From: Neodothiora populina
Taxonomy: Eukaryota
Direction: 5' to 3'
Assembly (NCBI RefSeq): GCF_041146345.1
Contig: NW_027191414.1
Span: forward strand, 930,001-994,000
DNA: 64,000 nt
In this document: in pieces, positions 48,250-61,067 of the stretch
Numbering within the stretch: the stretch's first letter is position 1
Layout of the letters: the number at the start of each line of letters is the position of its first letter
Program-made: the position numbers and the translations under genes
The notes under the pieces: generated by a model
What the model was told of the DNA's origin: nothing
Seen by the model: the letters and a program-made list of their open reading frames with translations, nothing else
The model's database searches: none

Positions 48250-49748
48250 TTAATTCTTCCTATGCACCAGACGTCCCTTTACCCATACAGACGTGGTGTT
48301 GCGGTCATCTCCGTTGTAGACCCACTTGTTGACTCTGTCGGCGAAGCTTTCTTGCAGGAAAATGTCGACAGGCCCCTCGAGCTCACCCATCTCGCCATCT
48401 TCTGGTACAGAGCCAAGCGAGATCATTTGTGCGTCCCAATCCATTCCAACATCAAACCCGCCGATCTTGTCTTCGAGTCCAACAACTCTGGCACCACCGC
48501 GAGTAGCAAGGTACAGAGACTCTTCTGTAGACAATTTTGCAGGATCACCGTGGTCCATAGCGACATGTCTGCTTACGAGGATGGCTTGTCTCACTTCCTC
48601 AAGTATGCTCGGGCTGTATCCACCACTGACATCCGTTCCCAAGCCCACCGTCAGACCAGCCTCCAATAGCTCACGTACTTTGGCCGTGCCCGACGTGATT
48701 GCAGTGTTACTCGCTGGGCAATGGCTGATCTTGGCGCCCCTCTGCTTGATGATACTCTGCTCATCTTTACTCAGATGGACGCAATGAGCGAGAATGGTCT
48801 TCGAGGTCAACAGTCCTGCCTCGTCATAGACATCGGTGTAGTGCTTGCTTTTAGGGAAAAGCTCTTTGACAAGTTCGATCTCGGCTTTGTTCTCAGAAAT
48901 ATGTGTCTGGACAGGGAATTGTGTTTCCTTGTGAAGTTCACCGAGCGCACAAAGCGATTCGTCAGTACAGCTCGGGGCGAACCGGGGAGTGATGACAGGG
49001 GTGATCAGAGCATGTTGAGGATCAATCTTCTTGACATGCTCGATACAAGCTCTGCTGTCCGCAATGGTGCTCTCCACGCTCTCATCACGATAGTAGTCCG
49101 GACTCAGACGATCCATGCACACACGGCCGACGAACGCACGCTGACCTTTCTCCAAGCAGATATCAGATAGCAGGTTGGTGGCGGGCACGTGCACTGTCGC
49201 GTAATAGCACGCGGTCGTGGTTCCGTGAGACAAGGTCCGCGAGACGACTCGGGTGTACACTCTACGTGCGAAGTTGACGTCCTTGAAACTCGACTCCATG
49301 GGGAAAGTATACGTGTTCAACCAGTCGAGAAGAGTGGAGTTGCCGAAGATTCCAGCATTCGGGTACTGCGATGCATGGATGTGTGTATCTATCGTAGCCG
49401 ATCAGTTTGCATTTCTATTCCACAAAGCAGGTCGCAAGTAGTCCCCATATAGCACGCAGCTCCGTATATGCCACGAATGACTTTTTGTTGCCCCTCTCGT
49501 CCTACTCAAGAAAAAAGAAACGTACCTATGAATCCAGGAAAAAAGAACCCGTTATCGCCAATCCTGATAATCTCAGCCCCTGACCAACCCTCCTTCGAAG
49601 GCTCATAATCCGTCGGGACGTCTCTCTCAACAAAAGCGATCTTGCCAGACTCATCGACGCCGATGGCGCCATCGACACAGATATCCAGTTCCTGGAGGGA
49701 CACGCAGTGTGCAAAGGGACCGACGTATATCGTCTTTGTGAGACCCAT
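48250..49748 (-). CDS. GUD1: Guanine deaminase (amidohydrolase family); intron 49389-49525
   Basis: PGFIDTHIHASQY, ITPRFAPSC, QTHISEN, ILAHCVHL, GLGTDVSGG, GDDRN motifs. Confidence 0.95.
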
Positions 49749-50111
49749 TGTTGCTGGTGGTTAGGAGAATATGAATGTATCGAAGGGTTGTGAGTATATA
49801 TATATATATATCCTTAGATATAGACAATCGAGTATAGAATATATATATACGAATATGACTAAACACAAGGGTATCAACGAATACCACCAAGAGACAGCAA
49901 CAGCCAGAAGAAGGAAGAGCAAAAAAGAGGCAAGTCTATCTACAGAAGATATATACCGTCGAAGATAGGCTTATTTGCCAAAAACAAATACCAGTGGTTG
50001 TTATCGATTACTTTACCTTTACTTAGCTTGGAGTGTGAGGGAGAGAGTCCCCCAGAAAGTCAGAGTGGGCCTTGCTGATTGGGTGGCTTACTCCAAATCG
50101 GAGCACGGTCA

Positions 50112-50125
50112 ACGGCGGCCTCCGA
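50112..50125. promoter_or_regulatory. Near-consensus UaY-type site (ACGG-N6-CCGA vs TCGG-N6-CCGA) upstream of guanine deaminase
   Basis: aCGG-cggcct-CCGA about 365 bp upstream of the ATG. Confidence 0.3.
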
Positions 50126-50455
50126 GAGTGGTTGTGTTCAACGGATGGGTTTCGCGGACTCGTCCACCCTTTCTTTTGCTAAGGTACAGAACGGTAGGGT
50201 CTCTAGTAAATAGGAGACGGGCTCGTATGTATGATGGTAACTACAGATCATCACTGCAGTACAGCGGTGAACCTGTAGTGTGTCAGGCATTGGATGTAGC
50301 ATCAGGAAGAGCAAAGCTTTCTCTGTCTCATATAGACACGCCTCACCGGCATTCACTATTACTTGTAGCGCGAGGACAACGAGTTTACATATCGATCCGA
50401 AACAATCCTATAGTTTTTTGATATACATTTCTACATTCTAAGAACTTTTAGCACT

Positions 50456-53400
50456 CTAAGCAGCACCACCGCGTCCACCCACTCGGTCCAAAGCTTCAAC
50501 CTGCTCTTTGCTGATCTTGGACTCTGGCAAGGTCTTTCTGCTATCCTTGGTTGGCTTGGGCATGAAGCCTCTCGCGACAAGGAAAGAAAGGTAGGTTCCG
50601 ACGATGTCCTCTGTCACAGCGCTTCCAGAAGACCAGTCTTGACCGGATCTGGAGGCGTCTGCGCGGAGTGCAGCAGCTGCATTTCGATCGTCAAGTTCTG
50701 GTGCTTTGGTGCTGGCTGGTAGGTCACCGGTGACCATGTGGAAAAGACCAAGCCTGTAACTCATGTTAGTGACGAATGACATGGGAACTCAAGGTGTACA
50801 CTTACAAAGCATGTTCCTCCTTTCCACCCTCTTGAGATGCCTCGACGTATTGCTCAACGGCATCTCTCCACTCTGGGTAGTCCACCAGAGGAGCGTTGTA
50901 GCCGAACGTCTCAAGAGATGCTAGGTATTGGTTAAAAGTAAGTCTAGGGTGACTGGTCAAGTGGCACACACTCATCTGCGCTCCGGGCTGGTTCAGAGCG
51001 GCGGCGATGACGAGTCTTGCCACATGATCTACAGGTACCATGTTGATCGTGTTCCTGATGTTGGGACGAGATCCGACTTGGACGCAGCCCTTGAGCATAC
51101 GGATGAGGAAGTCATCAGTGTTGGTTGCTGAATGGTAGGTTAGTCCAAAGAACACTTTTAGATAAGATTTGTCCCGCGAAAATACTCACTGCCAGTCTTA
51201 GGATCGCCGAGAACATAGCCAGCACGGACGATAGATCCAACTAGACCTCTGCTTCCAGCCTCCTCCATCAGACGTTCCGAAACCCACTTGGATTGTCCGT
51301 AGCCGGTAGACAGACCTTGTCGGCTGCCATCCATGCGGTCTGACTCGCTGATACCTGCACCGCCGGAAGAGATAATCTTCTCGGAAAGCTCGACATAGTA
51401 ATCAGAGTCTAGAGCACTAGTGGAGCTGACAAAAGCCATCTTCTTTGCCTTGCCAGTCGCGCAGAGCTTGATAGCAGACAGTGTGCTGAGCACGTTGGCA
51501 GCCTTGAGGCTCGAGAAAGGCTTGACCCAATGCACGATAGCACCATTGTGAATCACAGCGTCAGCCTCGTTAGCTACACGGTCGTATACCTCCTGGGACA
51601 TGCCGAGAGTAGGCTGTTCCTGGAGATCTCCAATCACGCATTCGAGGTTGGGACCCCACGAATCGGACCAGATACCATATGCTTGACATGTCTGCTTGAG
51701 ACGCTGGAATCCGGCATCAACATCCTTAGCACGAACATGAGCGATGACCTTGTTACCAGAGTTTAAAAGGTCACGAAGAACAAAGGAACCGAGGAATCCG
51801 GTGGCACCAGTCAGGAAGACGGTGCTTTGCTTTGGTGCTTCCCTGGGTGCGGATTTGATCTGAACCGGAAGTTCCTTGACCAGGTCGAACAGAGTATTGG
51901 AGTAAAACTCCTCCTGATCGACACCCTGGGTACCCTGGACATCGAGTCGCAGACCCACAGGATCCAAAGAGCGATCGATATCGGATGCTAGCTGTTGAAG
52001 TGTTGGGTTCTTCGAGATGGCGCTTACAGGGATTGTGACGTCTGGCCACTTCTTGCGAATTTGAGATGGAATTTGAACTGCCGCAATACTGTTTCCGCCA
52101 AGATCGAAGAACGGAACGGTGCTGGGAATGCTGTCGGCTGCATAGCTGCGTAGGTGCAATGCCCAGATCTCAGCAAGAGCTCGTTCAGTCTCGGAACGCT
52201 TGGATAGGTCTTGAGATGGGATAGCCGACGATGCTGCAAGAAGCTCAGACTTCTCAGGGAAAGGAAGCGAGCGTTTGTCGACCTTGCCATTCGGGGTCAA
52301 AGGAAGTCGGATCATAGGGACGAACAGTGTGGGAACGGCATAGACCGGAAGCTTCCTCTTCAGATGTTCTCTCACGTCCTTGGTAAGAGTGCTGAACATC
52401 TTGAGTCTTTCAGGAATGCTGAGATCTTCCGTGACACCGTCATCGGTAGCTCCCTGTTCCTTCCTCCATTCTTGCCATTGCTTGATGTCTGGGACGTAGT
52501 AGCTGACCAGGATCTGCTCTTCTCCGTGATCACGCTTCACCAGTGTCACGTTTTCTCTGATGAGCGGATGCTGAGAAAGATGAGTATCAATCTCGCCGAG
52601 CTCAATACGGAAACCTCGAATCTTGACTTGGTCATCTGCACGTCCGCAACACTCCACGTTGCCGTCAGGCATATATCTGCCAAGATCTCCAGAACGGTAC
52701 ATGCGATCTCTAGGACCCTTGTAAAATTCTCTCCACGGCTCGGAGGTGCCGGTTTGAGCCACACGTTCCTCGTCTTCCTTGATCCACTTCTGATTATCAA
52801 TAAACCAGTTCTGAACGAACTTGGAGTTTGTCAAGTCTTTGAGCTCTACTCCGAGATAGCCTTCAGCCAAGCCACCTGCTCTGACGTAGATCTCACCGAT
52901 CTCTCCGACTGGACATTGGCGAGTCTTGTCATTGCGGTCCACGACTAGAAGCTGCACATTATGCATTCCAGCACCTGCTGGGATGACATCCGCCATGTTC
53001 TCGAGGAAATCGGCGTCTTCGGTCTTGCTAGGGATTTCGTAGTAGCTGACTGCTCGCTGAGTTTCCGTGGTACCGTACATGTTCTTGATGCGAACATTAG
53101 GCGCAAGATCTTGCAGACGACGGCAGTCTCTCTTCAACAGAATGTCTCCGACAAAGAATGCATTCTTAAGTGATGTGATCTTTGGCTCAATACTTCCTAG
53201 GAGGATTTGACCCATGGCAGGAGTAAGATGCGTGACGGTCACAGCATTAATGCTAGCCCATCGTGCCAACCGATCGAAGGTAATGTCCTCTGCTGGCGGG
53301 ACCATAAGTTGTGCACCCAGGAAAAGAGGGGTGAAGATATCACGCTGGATCGGGTCGTGGGCAATACCACTCAGCATAGTAAAGCGGTCGTTCTGTAATC

Positions 53401-54224
53401 GGCATGAGTCATACTGAACGAAATCACTGTCCTTGCTGGGATATACACACCTCTGAGAGCCCGAATCGCTCCTTCATCCATGGGAAGTAATATGCTAGGG
53501 AAAAGTGACGTCCCTGAACACCCTTGGGCCTGCCCTCGGATCCTGATGTGAATGACAGGGTAGGGATCGAGTCAGGACCTACAACAACGCCTGGAAGACT
53601 CGATCGAGATTCTTGTTGTTCATTCAGAATGTCTTTGCCATCGACAACTCCACCAGTCAAGGAGCCATCGTCGTGAAGCCTCAATTTTGGCACTTCAGTC
53701 CTTAATTTCAGGTTGTTGCTGATATACTCTCGGACCATTTCCGATAGCTCGCCAGCATCCTGAGTTGCTTTCTCGATGTTGACGAGAGCCCTTGGCTTGG
53801 AAACATCGAGATAGATGATTTGGCGATCTGCAGGATATGCAGGATCTAGGACGGAGAAAGTGGCTCCAGCCTTCAATACACCCATGACCGCAACGACAAG
53901 ATCGACGCCACGGTGGGCATAAATCATAATGACCTCGCCTCTTTGCACACCACTACTGACAAAGTGGTGCGCAAGTATGTTACTTGCCTCATTGATATGC
54001 TTGTAAGTGAAGACCTTCTACAGTGAGCAGATTACCTAGTAATGCAAACGGGATGGTCATACCCGTTCTGGCGAGGTACTCGAGGCAGTCTCGACTACGC
54101 AAGTCCTTTCGGGATAAGTGGCGGCGTTACGAGCAAAGATCTCATGGATCGCCCCTTTGTAGTCACTCCATTGGAGATCAGAAGTAGGGTCCGGTCTCGG
54201 ATCTGGTCCAGCAGCAGCGGCCAT
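50456..54224 (-). CDS. LYS2: L-2-aminoadipate reductase (A-T-R); introns 54018-54062, 53393-53450, 51128-51189, 50754-50805
   Basis: [58 protein letters not shown] (PCP serine), [21 protein letters not shown]. Confidence 0.96.
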
Positions 54225-54531
54225 GTTCACAATGGGCTTTTCGACCAGACTATATGGTCTATATGCAGTTTCAAGATATTCCGCGGCTGACTTCGCACCT
54301 TAATCAAGTTGTGTTTTGAAAATTCACTGAAGAATAGTCAATACTTTGATATATGGAAGATATTTTTCCTGGTATGCGTCAGAACGTCTCCAATATCGGT
54401 AAACTTCGGAAACAGTGGGAGAAAGCGCAGCGCCGTGTCACGTTTTATTTCGACTTGATGCCACATGACTTACCAGCAATCTCCAGAATATATCACAAAA
54501 TAGAAGATGGTGGTCGAATCTCAATTGAGGT

Positions 54532-54538
54532 TGACTCA
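54532..54538. promoter_or_regulatory. Gcn4/CpcA (cross-pathway control) site TGACTCA in the LYS2 promoter
   Basis: Perfect TGACTCA about 310 bp upstream of the LYS2 ATG. Confidence 0.55.
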
Positions 54539-54763
54539 AAGTAAACTCTTATGGTTACTTATTATGACGGAGCGTCATGGCGTTTATCGAGAACCGCCAA
54601 GAGATCAAAGTGCGTCCCTTTCCCGAAGAAGGTTAGCCGCCCTGGGGTACAGATCCCAGCCCAACCTCTCATTATCAAAGCATGTTCGTCAGCCTTCTTA
54701 TATTCAAAGGGAATCCCTCGGTGGAAATTTCTCATGAGTCGTTGAGGAAGACTGTCATGGGAG

Positions 54764-56695
54764 ATGGCCTCGGCCGGAACTCAAAACTCATCTCGTTCTG
54801 AAAGGAGAGGAAGTACTCTCAGGAGAGATGGATCGTGTCGTGTAGGCGATCGAGACGACGAGGCCTCTACTCCTGTAGCACGTGAAGTGCGTAACGCTCG
54901 CCTCGCATATTTTGATAACGACCCAAAAGACCGTCGTCGACAAACCCGACTTGACGATGATACTTCCCATCGAAGCAAAGACCGCGAGGGGAGGGAGCAC
55001 AGAAGCAAAAGCTCTCCCATGGTAGGTGCAAGCAGGCGGCGAGACGATCGCCATGATGTGAACAGTAAGTCGGGTACCTCAAGGCCATCACATACATCAC
55101 GCCATAGTGATGGATTCGTTTACGATGCGCGACTTCCAAGACCAAAACGCTCATCAAGATCGGATCACGACCTTCATAGGCCACGGACCATCCACGACGA
55201 CAGAGCAAGATCGTACAGCCATGCGCAGAGAGAGCAGACTGTATCTCAAGGAAAAGGCAACCATCCTGGCACTTCGCAGCCCAAATTGTCTAGGAGTGCA
55301 TCTACAAGTACTCCTAAGCCAACGTCATTTCGGCCAACTATAAGTCGGCGTGAACCTACGAGTGGAGATGTGTCATCAAGATCTCGCAATCGGAGTTCGA
55401 CACTGACTTCACGCGTTCTCTCTACATCCACACCAGTTGAGAAATCGCACCCCCGGACGGTAGAGTGTCTCACTTGTGGGTCTGAGAAGGTACCAGTCAG
55501 CCGCAGTGCCAAATTGTCTTGCGGCCATCGTATGTGCAATTCATGTCTCAAACGCATCTTCACAATGTCTGTGAAAGACGAGGCACACATGCCACCAAGA
55601 TGCTGTACTGCAGAGCATATTCCTCTGAGATATGTCGATGGGCTTTTCGACAAGAAGTTCAAGATACTCTGGAACAAGAAGTACGAGGAGTATACGACGA
55701 AGAACAGAGTTTACTGTCCCATACCTGGATGCGGATCATGGATTAGACCGTCACAAATCCACACCGAAGGTGGACGCAAGTGCGGTACATGTGGCAAATG
55801 CAAAACGAAGATCTGTTTACCGTGCAACCGCAAATGGCACAGGCGCAGTGAATGCCCCAAAGACGAAGGAATAGAGAAGCTCACAGCTATAGCTCAAGAG
55901 AACGGATGGCGCCGCTGTCCCAATTGCTCCCGCATGATCGAGAAGTCTGAAGGCTGCAATCACATGACTTGTTTGTGCAAGAGTGAGTGGTGTATGGTCT
56001 GTGGGGCAGCTTGGAAGTCTTGCGACTGCCCATGGTTCGATTACACTCAAGTCCAAGACGGCGATAGACTGGATCCTCTACGCAATCTCCTTCCTATGTT
56101 CTGCAGGGCACGTCCAGCCTATGATGACGAGGCAAACAACAACAACAACAACAACAACCCCACCAACCAGGCTCAAACCCAAGGACGTAGGAACAACCCA
56201 GCGCTAGGATACCAGCAAGAAGCCGACATGCGACGACGCCAAACACGACGCGACGAAGCACTGGCCCGACGCCTGCAACGCGAAGCTCTGGACGGTGGGT
56301 TTGATCAGCGTCGGAACCCAGAGCAAGAAGTCTTCGGCAACGCAGGCGACCATTTCCTGAACGAAAACTTCGTCCAGGAAGCCACGAATCTTGTCATGGG
56401 TGCGTTGGGGAATGCAGGATATGGACGTCGCGGAGAGCGAGAAAGTGGACGTCTCAGAGGCCCTCCTAGATCTGATCCGCTCTCTCGTGACCTCGGATTG
56501 GCTCCTAATGCTTTCGGTACAGAAAGTGTGTTGGGTTTTGGGCCGCCGCGCCCTCCACGGCCAGCACAGAACGTTGCGAGCCCGGCGGGCCGGAGACGAG
56601 ATTCACTGTTAAGAAGTACATCCAAGAGTGGGAATGGAAGTGGGGGTGGAGGCGGTGGTGATTTCATAGGTCGTTGGCTCTCCAAGTTGGGATAG
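54764..56695 (+). CDS. RBR (RING-IBR-RING) E3 ubiquitin ligase
   Basis: RING1 CLTC...CGHRMCNSC...PPRCC; IBR YCPIPGC...CGKC...CLPC...WH...C; RING2 RCPNC...IEKSEGCNHMTCLC...CMVCG. Confidence 0.92.
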   Translation: MASAGTQNSSRSERRGSTLRRDGSCRVGDRDDEASTPVAREVRNARLAYFDNDPKDRRRQTRLDDDTSHRSKDREGREHRSKSSPMVGASRRRDDRHDVNSKSGTSRPSHTSRHSDGFVYDARLPRPKRSSRSDHDLHRPRTIHDDRARSYSHAQREQTVSQGKGNHPGTSQPKLSRSASTSTPKPTSFRPTISRREPTSGDVSSRSRNRSSTLTSRVLSTSTPVEKSHPRTVECLTCGSEKVPVSRSAKLSCGHRMCNSCLKRIFTMSVKDEAHMPPRCCTAEHIPLRYVDGLFDKKFKILWNKKYEEYTTKNRVYCPIPGCGSWIRPSQIHTEGGRKCGTCGKCKTKICLPCNRKWHRRSECPKDEGIEKLTAIAQENGWRRCPNCSRMIEKSEGCNHMTCLCKSEWCMVCGAAWKSCDCPWFDYTQVQDGDRLDPLRNLLPMFCRARPAYDDEANNNNNNNNPTNQAQTQGRRNNPALGYQQEADMRRRQTRRDEALARRLQREALDGGFDQRRNPEQEVFGNAGDHFLNENFVQEATNLVMGALGNAGYGRRGERESGRLRGPPRSDPLSRDLGLAPNAFGTESVLGFGPPRPPRPAQNVASPAGRRRDSLLRSTSKSGNGSGGGGGGDFIGRWLSKLG

Positions 56696-57965
56696 TATAG
56701 TGGTGATTATGATTAATGAAACGACTGATGGGATTTTCTATTCTAGATAATAAGAATGATCTAATGACAAAACGACGTATTTTTATTTCATATATTCAAA
56801 TGCTATTGTGCGCATCAATCTTCTGACAAATACCGGGGTGACATTACCCACTCCACGGTACAGTCTGTCGGTCGTCTCTGCTACTTCATCTGGTGAATAA
56901 ATAGTGCCTCCATGCCGCGGCTGAGGCGAGATGTCAAGCCAGAGCGACCCTGTCCATCTGTACTTCGAGAATGCAGCACAATCTCATTGCGATCATGTAA
57001 GAGCTCCTCGGCACGCAGCAATATATGAGAGCTTGTCGTCACTCTTACGCCTGTCTATGCACATCATTCAAGAGGGTATCGGCCGGCTGGCTCACTGAGT
57101 GTAGAACGTGCAGGTAGACAGACAGGGGTAAGAAGCGGCGATTCGAGCGTTCATGAGGCTACCTGTGTGCTGCACCTTTTCCTTGAAAGAGTGCTCACTG
57201 ATCGTATCAACCATCGACAACAAGAACAAGAAAGGAAACTACAACAATTTCGACTTGTCACATAGTCGTAGTCGGAACAACCGAGCATACTATCGCGCAA
57301 AACCACGACCACTTTGAAACAGACGAGCCAAAAGTCCCATAAAAGGTAAACAAGAGGTATGATATGATTGATGATAAAAATACTTTTGGTATCCAGGCTT
57401 CCTACAGGTATATAAGTGATGGAAGGAGGATCAAGGGAAACAGAAACCAAGAGGGCAAAAAGCGCATTTAAGGGTGATATTCCTCCTTTCCCCCTTCCTT
57501 GTCCGTCTCGGTGTGAGGAAGTGTAGACAGTGCATCCAGCTAGCTAATAATCAATAGACCACCCAGCCGACCGATTACTTGGGAAGAAAAATGGCGAAGA
57601 GAAAAGCTTGTGGTCTTCCTCGGGTCAGCCACTGCTCGTTGTAACAGACCGTTGTCGTGTGGCGTTCGTGTTTGGAGCCTTTTACCATCCTCGGAGTGAA
57701 GGCCGCTGGTTCCAAAACTCCAAAATACAAGAGTAAAGGAGACGGAAAGAAGGCCCAGATATTCTTGCGTTCTGTTATTTTCCTCTTGTATAGAAACGCC
57801 CCGCCTGATCGCTTGCTATGCTTGCTAAAGTGATATCAAAAGGATAAAACAAAGGGTAGCTTATTCAAGCGCTCACGAGGTTCTTGAAGGTGCTCGAGAC
57901 ACTTGGATCCGCCTGTAAAGCAGGAAAGGTTCTAACCGCTCGTCAGCGATGCCCGTGTGTTAGGC

Positions 57966-60197
57966 TCACTGTACTCGGCGGCGTGTCACTTTCACACCAC
58001 AAGCGTACTGATCAGTAGGCTCGACCGCCTCCTCCCAGTACATGTTCTGAGCGGTGACACTATTGCCATCTCCGGCTATTGTGAATTGTCCGTTTTCCAA
58101 AAGGGCAGATCGGCGCCTCTTCTCACGTTCGTCGACCAGGTTACTCAGACGTTGGGCCACTGTAGCACTGCCAAGCCTTTCGATAAGCGCATAGCTCATG
58201 AACATCTCTTCAATCAGGTCAAAGGGAAGTGAGAACAAAACGCTAGACAGTAGCGACGTGACGGTGGGTATATCTTGACTGGCGGGCGCGTCGCCAAAGC
58301 GAATGCTCTTCAAGCGGTGGTGGCTTTGTCTTCTTTCGCCTCTATACGTGGCAGGATCGGAAAATTGGGGACCCTCGGGCAAAAGGGGAATGCTTGCGAA
58401 TTGTGAGGCGGATGTATCGAGAGTAAAGTCGAGAGGAAAATTGAGTACGATGTATTCGATTGCCGAGCGCGCTATGTGTCGAACAGCCACGCTGCCGCGA
58501 TTGCGAGCGTGGAGCACATAGTCCAAAACAGGCTCGAGAGTATACCAGCATAGCAGAGATTCTGCAACATTCGCCCCTGCAAGATGAATGTCCGAGACGT
58601 CAAGAGCCAGTCCCGCGGCGAAGTAAGACAGCGCAAAATTCATGCGCGCAACCAGAGCGTCCTGAGCCGCCGGAGTTGTTACCTGCTGGAGAGGGGGCAT
58701 CCGAGAGGCATCCACGAGCTCACCGCCGTAAAGGTACCTGACAGCTGACACGAAAGCATCCGCGTCCTTGAAATAGATGTCCGGATGTATGCTTATGCGC
58801 CAGAAGCGTGAATTGGCGTCCCTGCGAGCATAGCGCATCATATCCTGCAGACCGGGACTTCGGGCGAGGAGTAGCGCATGGGCGGGAATACTCCGATTAT
58901 CAGGTAGGTCAAGGATATAGTCGGCAAAATCGTAAGAGCCAAAATGGACGAGAAGGAAATGTCGCAGATCATGGAAGTTATTCATCTCGACGCCTGAAGC
59001 TGCTTGCTGCATGGGAGCAGGCGGAGGTGGGTGGAAAGGCTGTTGGACTAGAAGACCTTGGTCGTGGAACCCATTGGCTCCACGTGGGTGATTAATGCTA
59101 TCGGGGGTAACAATCCCAGTATGGCTGTACCGACTCAGCAGTGCGTCTGGTGCAGCTGAGGATGCTTGGGAAGGAGTCCTTGACATGGAATTGACGCCGT
59201 TACTGTGTGCGATCGGTAGTGGGGGCCGCCCCATTGGCTGGAAATCGGAGTTTCGGGGCCAATCTTGCTGCGATGGATGCGATGATAATGAGCTCTGTGG
59301 CGGAGTGAATAGATAATGACCAGTCATATCGGCGGAAGTGTGAGCAGCATGCTGACCAAAAGGAGCAATAGGTGACCGAGCATTCGCATTCGCGACATGG
59401 GAAGGTAGTGCTGGAGGTGGTACAGGTACCATGGCAGCTGATGGTGTTGAGGGCGCCGCCAGTGAGACGAGAGCAGAATCTCTATAGCCACCGAAGACGA
59501 GGCTGTCGGCGCTTGGCCTGCTATGATGAGGCAACGCAAAGGATTGCTTCGCCAGATGATTCGCAGCGGAGATATCTGAAGAGCTGTGGTATTGACGAGC
59601 AGGAATGAAAGGAGGTGGTAGTTGACCAGATTCCTTGGGTTGCGTTTGTAGCGCTCGCTTCGCCTGTCTCACCTGCTTCTCTGGATTCACTCGTTTCACA
59701 TGGCGTACTTGCCTCACTTTATCTGCTTGATCTGAGACTCACCGCATCAGAATTGAGTATTTGAGAAGTAAAGGATGAGTCAAGGAGAAGGCCTTCTGGT
59801 AAGCGGATGACTGACCTGGTTGCGAAGTGGGCTTGGATGGTTCCGACTGAATTCGTCCTTGATCTGATCGTGGTGAAGGAGCTCTGGCAGAGGGTGTAGC
59901 GACTGTCGAATCGGGTGTATCAGAGACAGATCCAGCATGTGCATCTTTTGACTGTTCTGCTGCATCACTCGAGATTTGATCCTTGATCGCATCGCCGCTA
60001 ACATGGACACCATTCTGAGTCGTACGCTTCGGAGATGGTCGCTGCTCTACATTTGCGAGAGGTCGTTCTTTGGATCCATGGACTGAATGCCGGGGGCGCG
60101 TGAGTTGACGAGGAATGGCCGGGACAAGGCGACGGGGAGTTTGCCTGATCGCAGGCTGTTGTGACGCAACAGCAGTATGCGCATTCGTGGATGTCAT
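57966..60197 (-). CDS. Conserved hypothetical protein with low-complexity N-terminus and C-terminal BTB-like domain; intron 59732-59815
   Basis: FGSYDFADYIL...IPAHALLLARSP...AVRYLYGG; intron GTCAGT...CTGAT...CAG joins the two ORFs in frame. Confidence 0.75.
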
Positions 60198-61067
60198 GGC
60201 CGCCGTTGCTTTGCCGCGTTTCCGCACTCTGTATGAGTCGTCGCTGTTTAGTTGCGATTGCTGACTGGGATGGATTCCTTTAATCTTCTTCCTGTTCCCT
60301 TTTCAAGCAGAGGGCGTCTCCAGGAGCTGAATGCAGGACCAATGGATGCTCCTGGAGTGCCTGCGGGATGCCTGCTATGATAATCGTCGGGTCGCAGACG
60401 CAAAAAGTTTGAATTATTGATTCATGTTCTGACACCGCAGCACTGTCTTTCCATACAAAAGCTCACCTCATATCGCGGGGTATATCATGTGTGTTTGGCG
60501 TCGGCCCGAGCATGGATTTTGTGATACGACTGGCGACAGCACCACAAGACATGCACCATGTTATCGCAGTCGGGATGTAGCAAACATCTAGCTGAACATG
60601 GTTGCAATTCACTGTACTTACTGCATGTATGCACATATCTATAAATGCAAGTCTCATATCATCATGTCCCGGGTCTATCGTCAAATCAAGAAAGAATGCT
60701 TGGTATAGAAATTCAATTAATGTACAAAGCACTACGCTGTCAATGTGCTGCCAAGACATCTTGCTGAAGATGCCTAGCAGATGCAGCAAAAGTGTGAATG
60801 GCATGACATGATCCGTGCCATTCAGTTGCGTGATACTGCTCGTCCAGATCTCTTAGTATAGTACATTGGCTGCCTGGGGCATCTCGACATTCTCGCCGAG
60901 AAGATGCTTTCACGATCGATTCGTGTGATGCATGCAGAACCGAACCGAACCGATATCTTGACATGCCTGTGAATAGTTCTCGTTCTCATCGCTGCCTTTC
61001 CACAAGCATGATTCTCTCTTTATCCCTAGCTTGGCATGATGATGTCCTCCTTTTGAGCTCGCTCATT

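Noticed and set aside
49389..49525. Purine riboswitch in the guanine deaminase intron
   Set aside because: Only a small hairpin; purine aptamer core motifs absent
57677..57685. U5 snRNA loop-1 motif GCCTTTTAC
   Set aside because: Flanks do not form the closing stem and no Sm site follows
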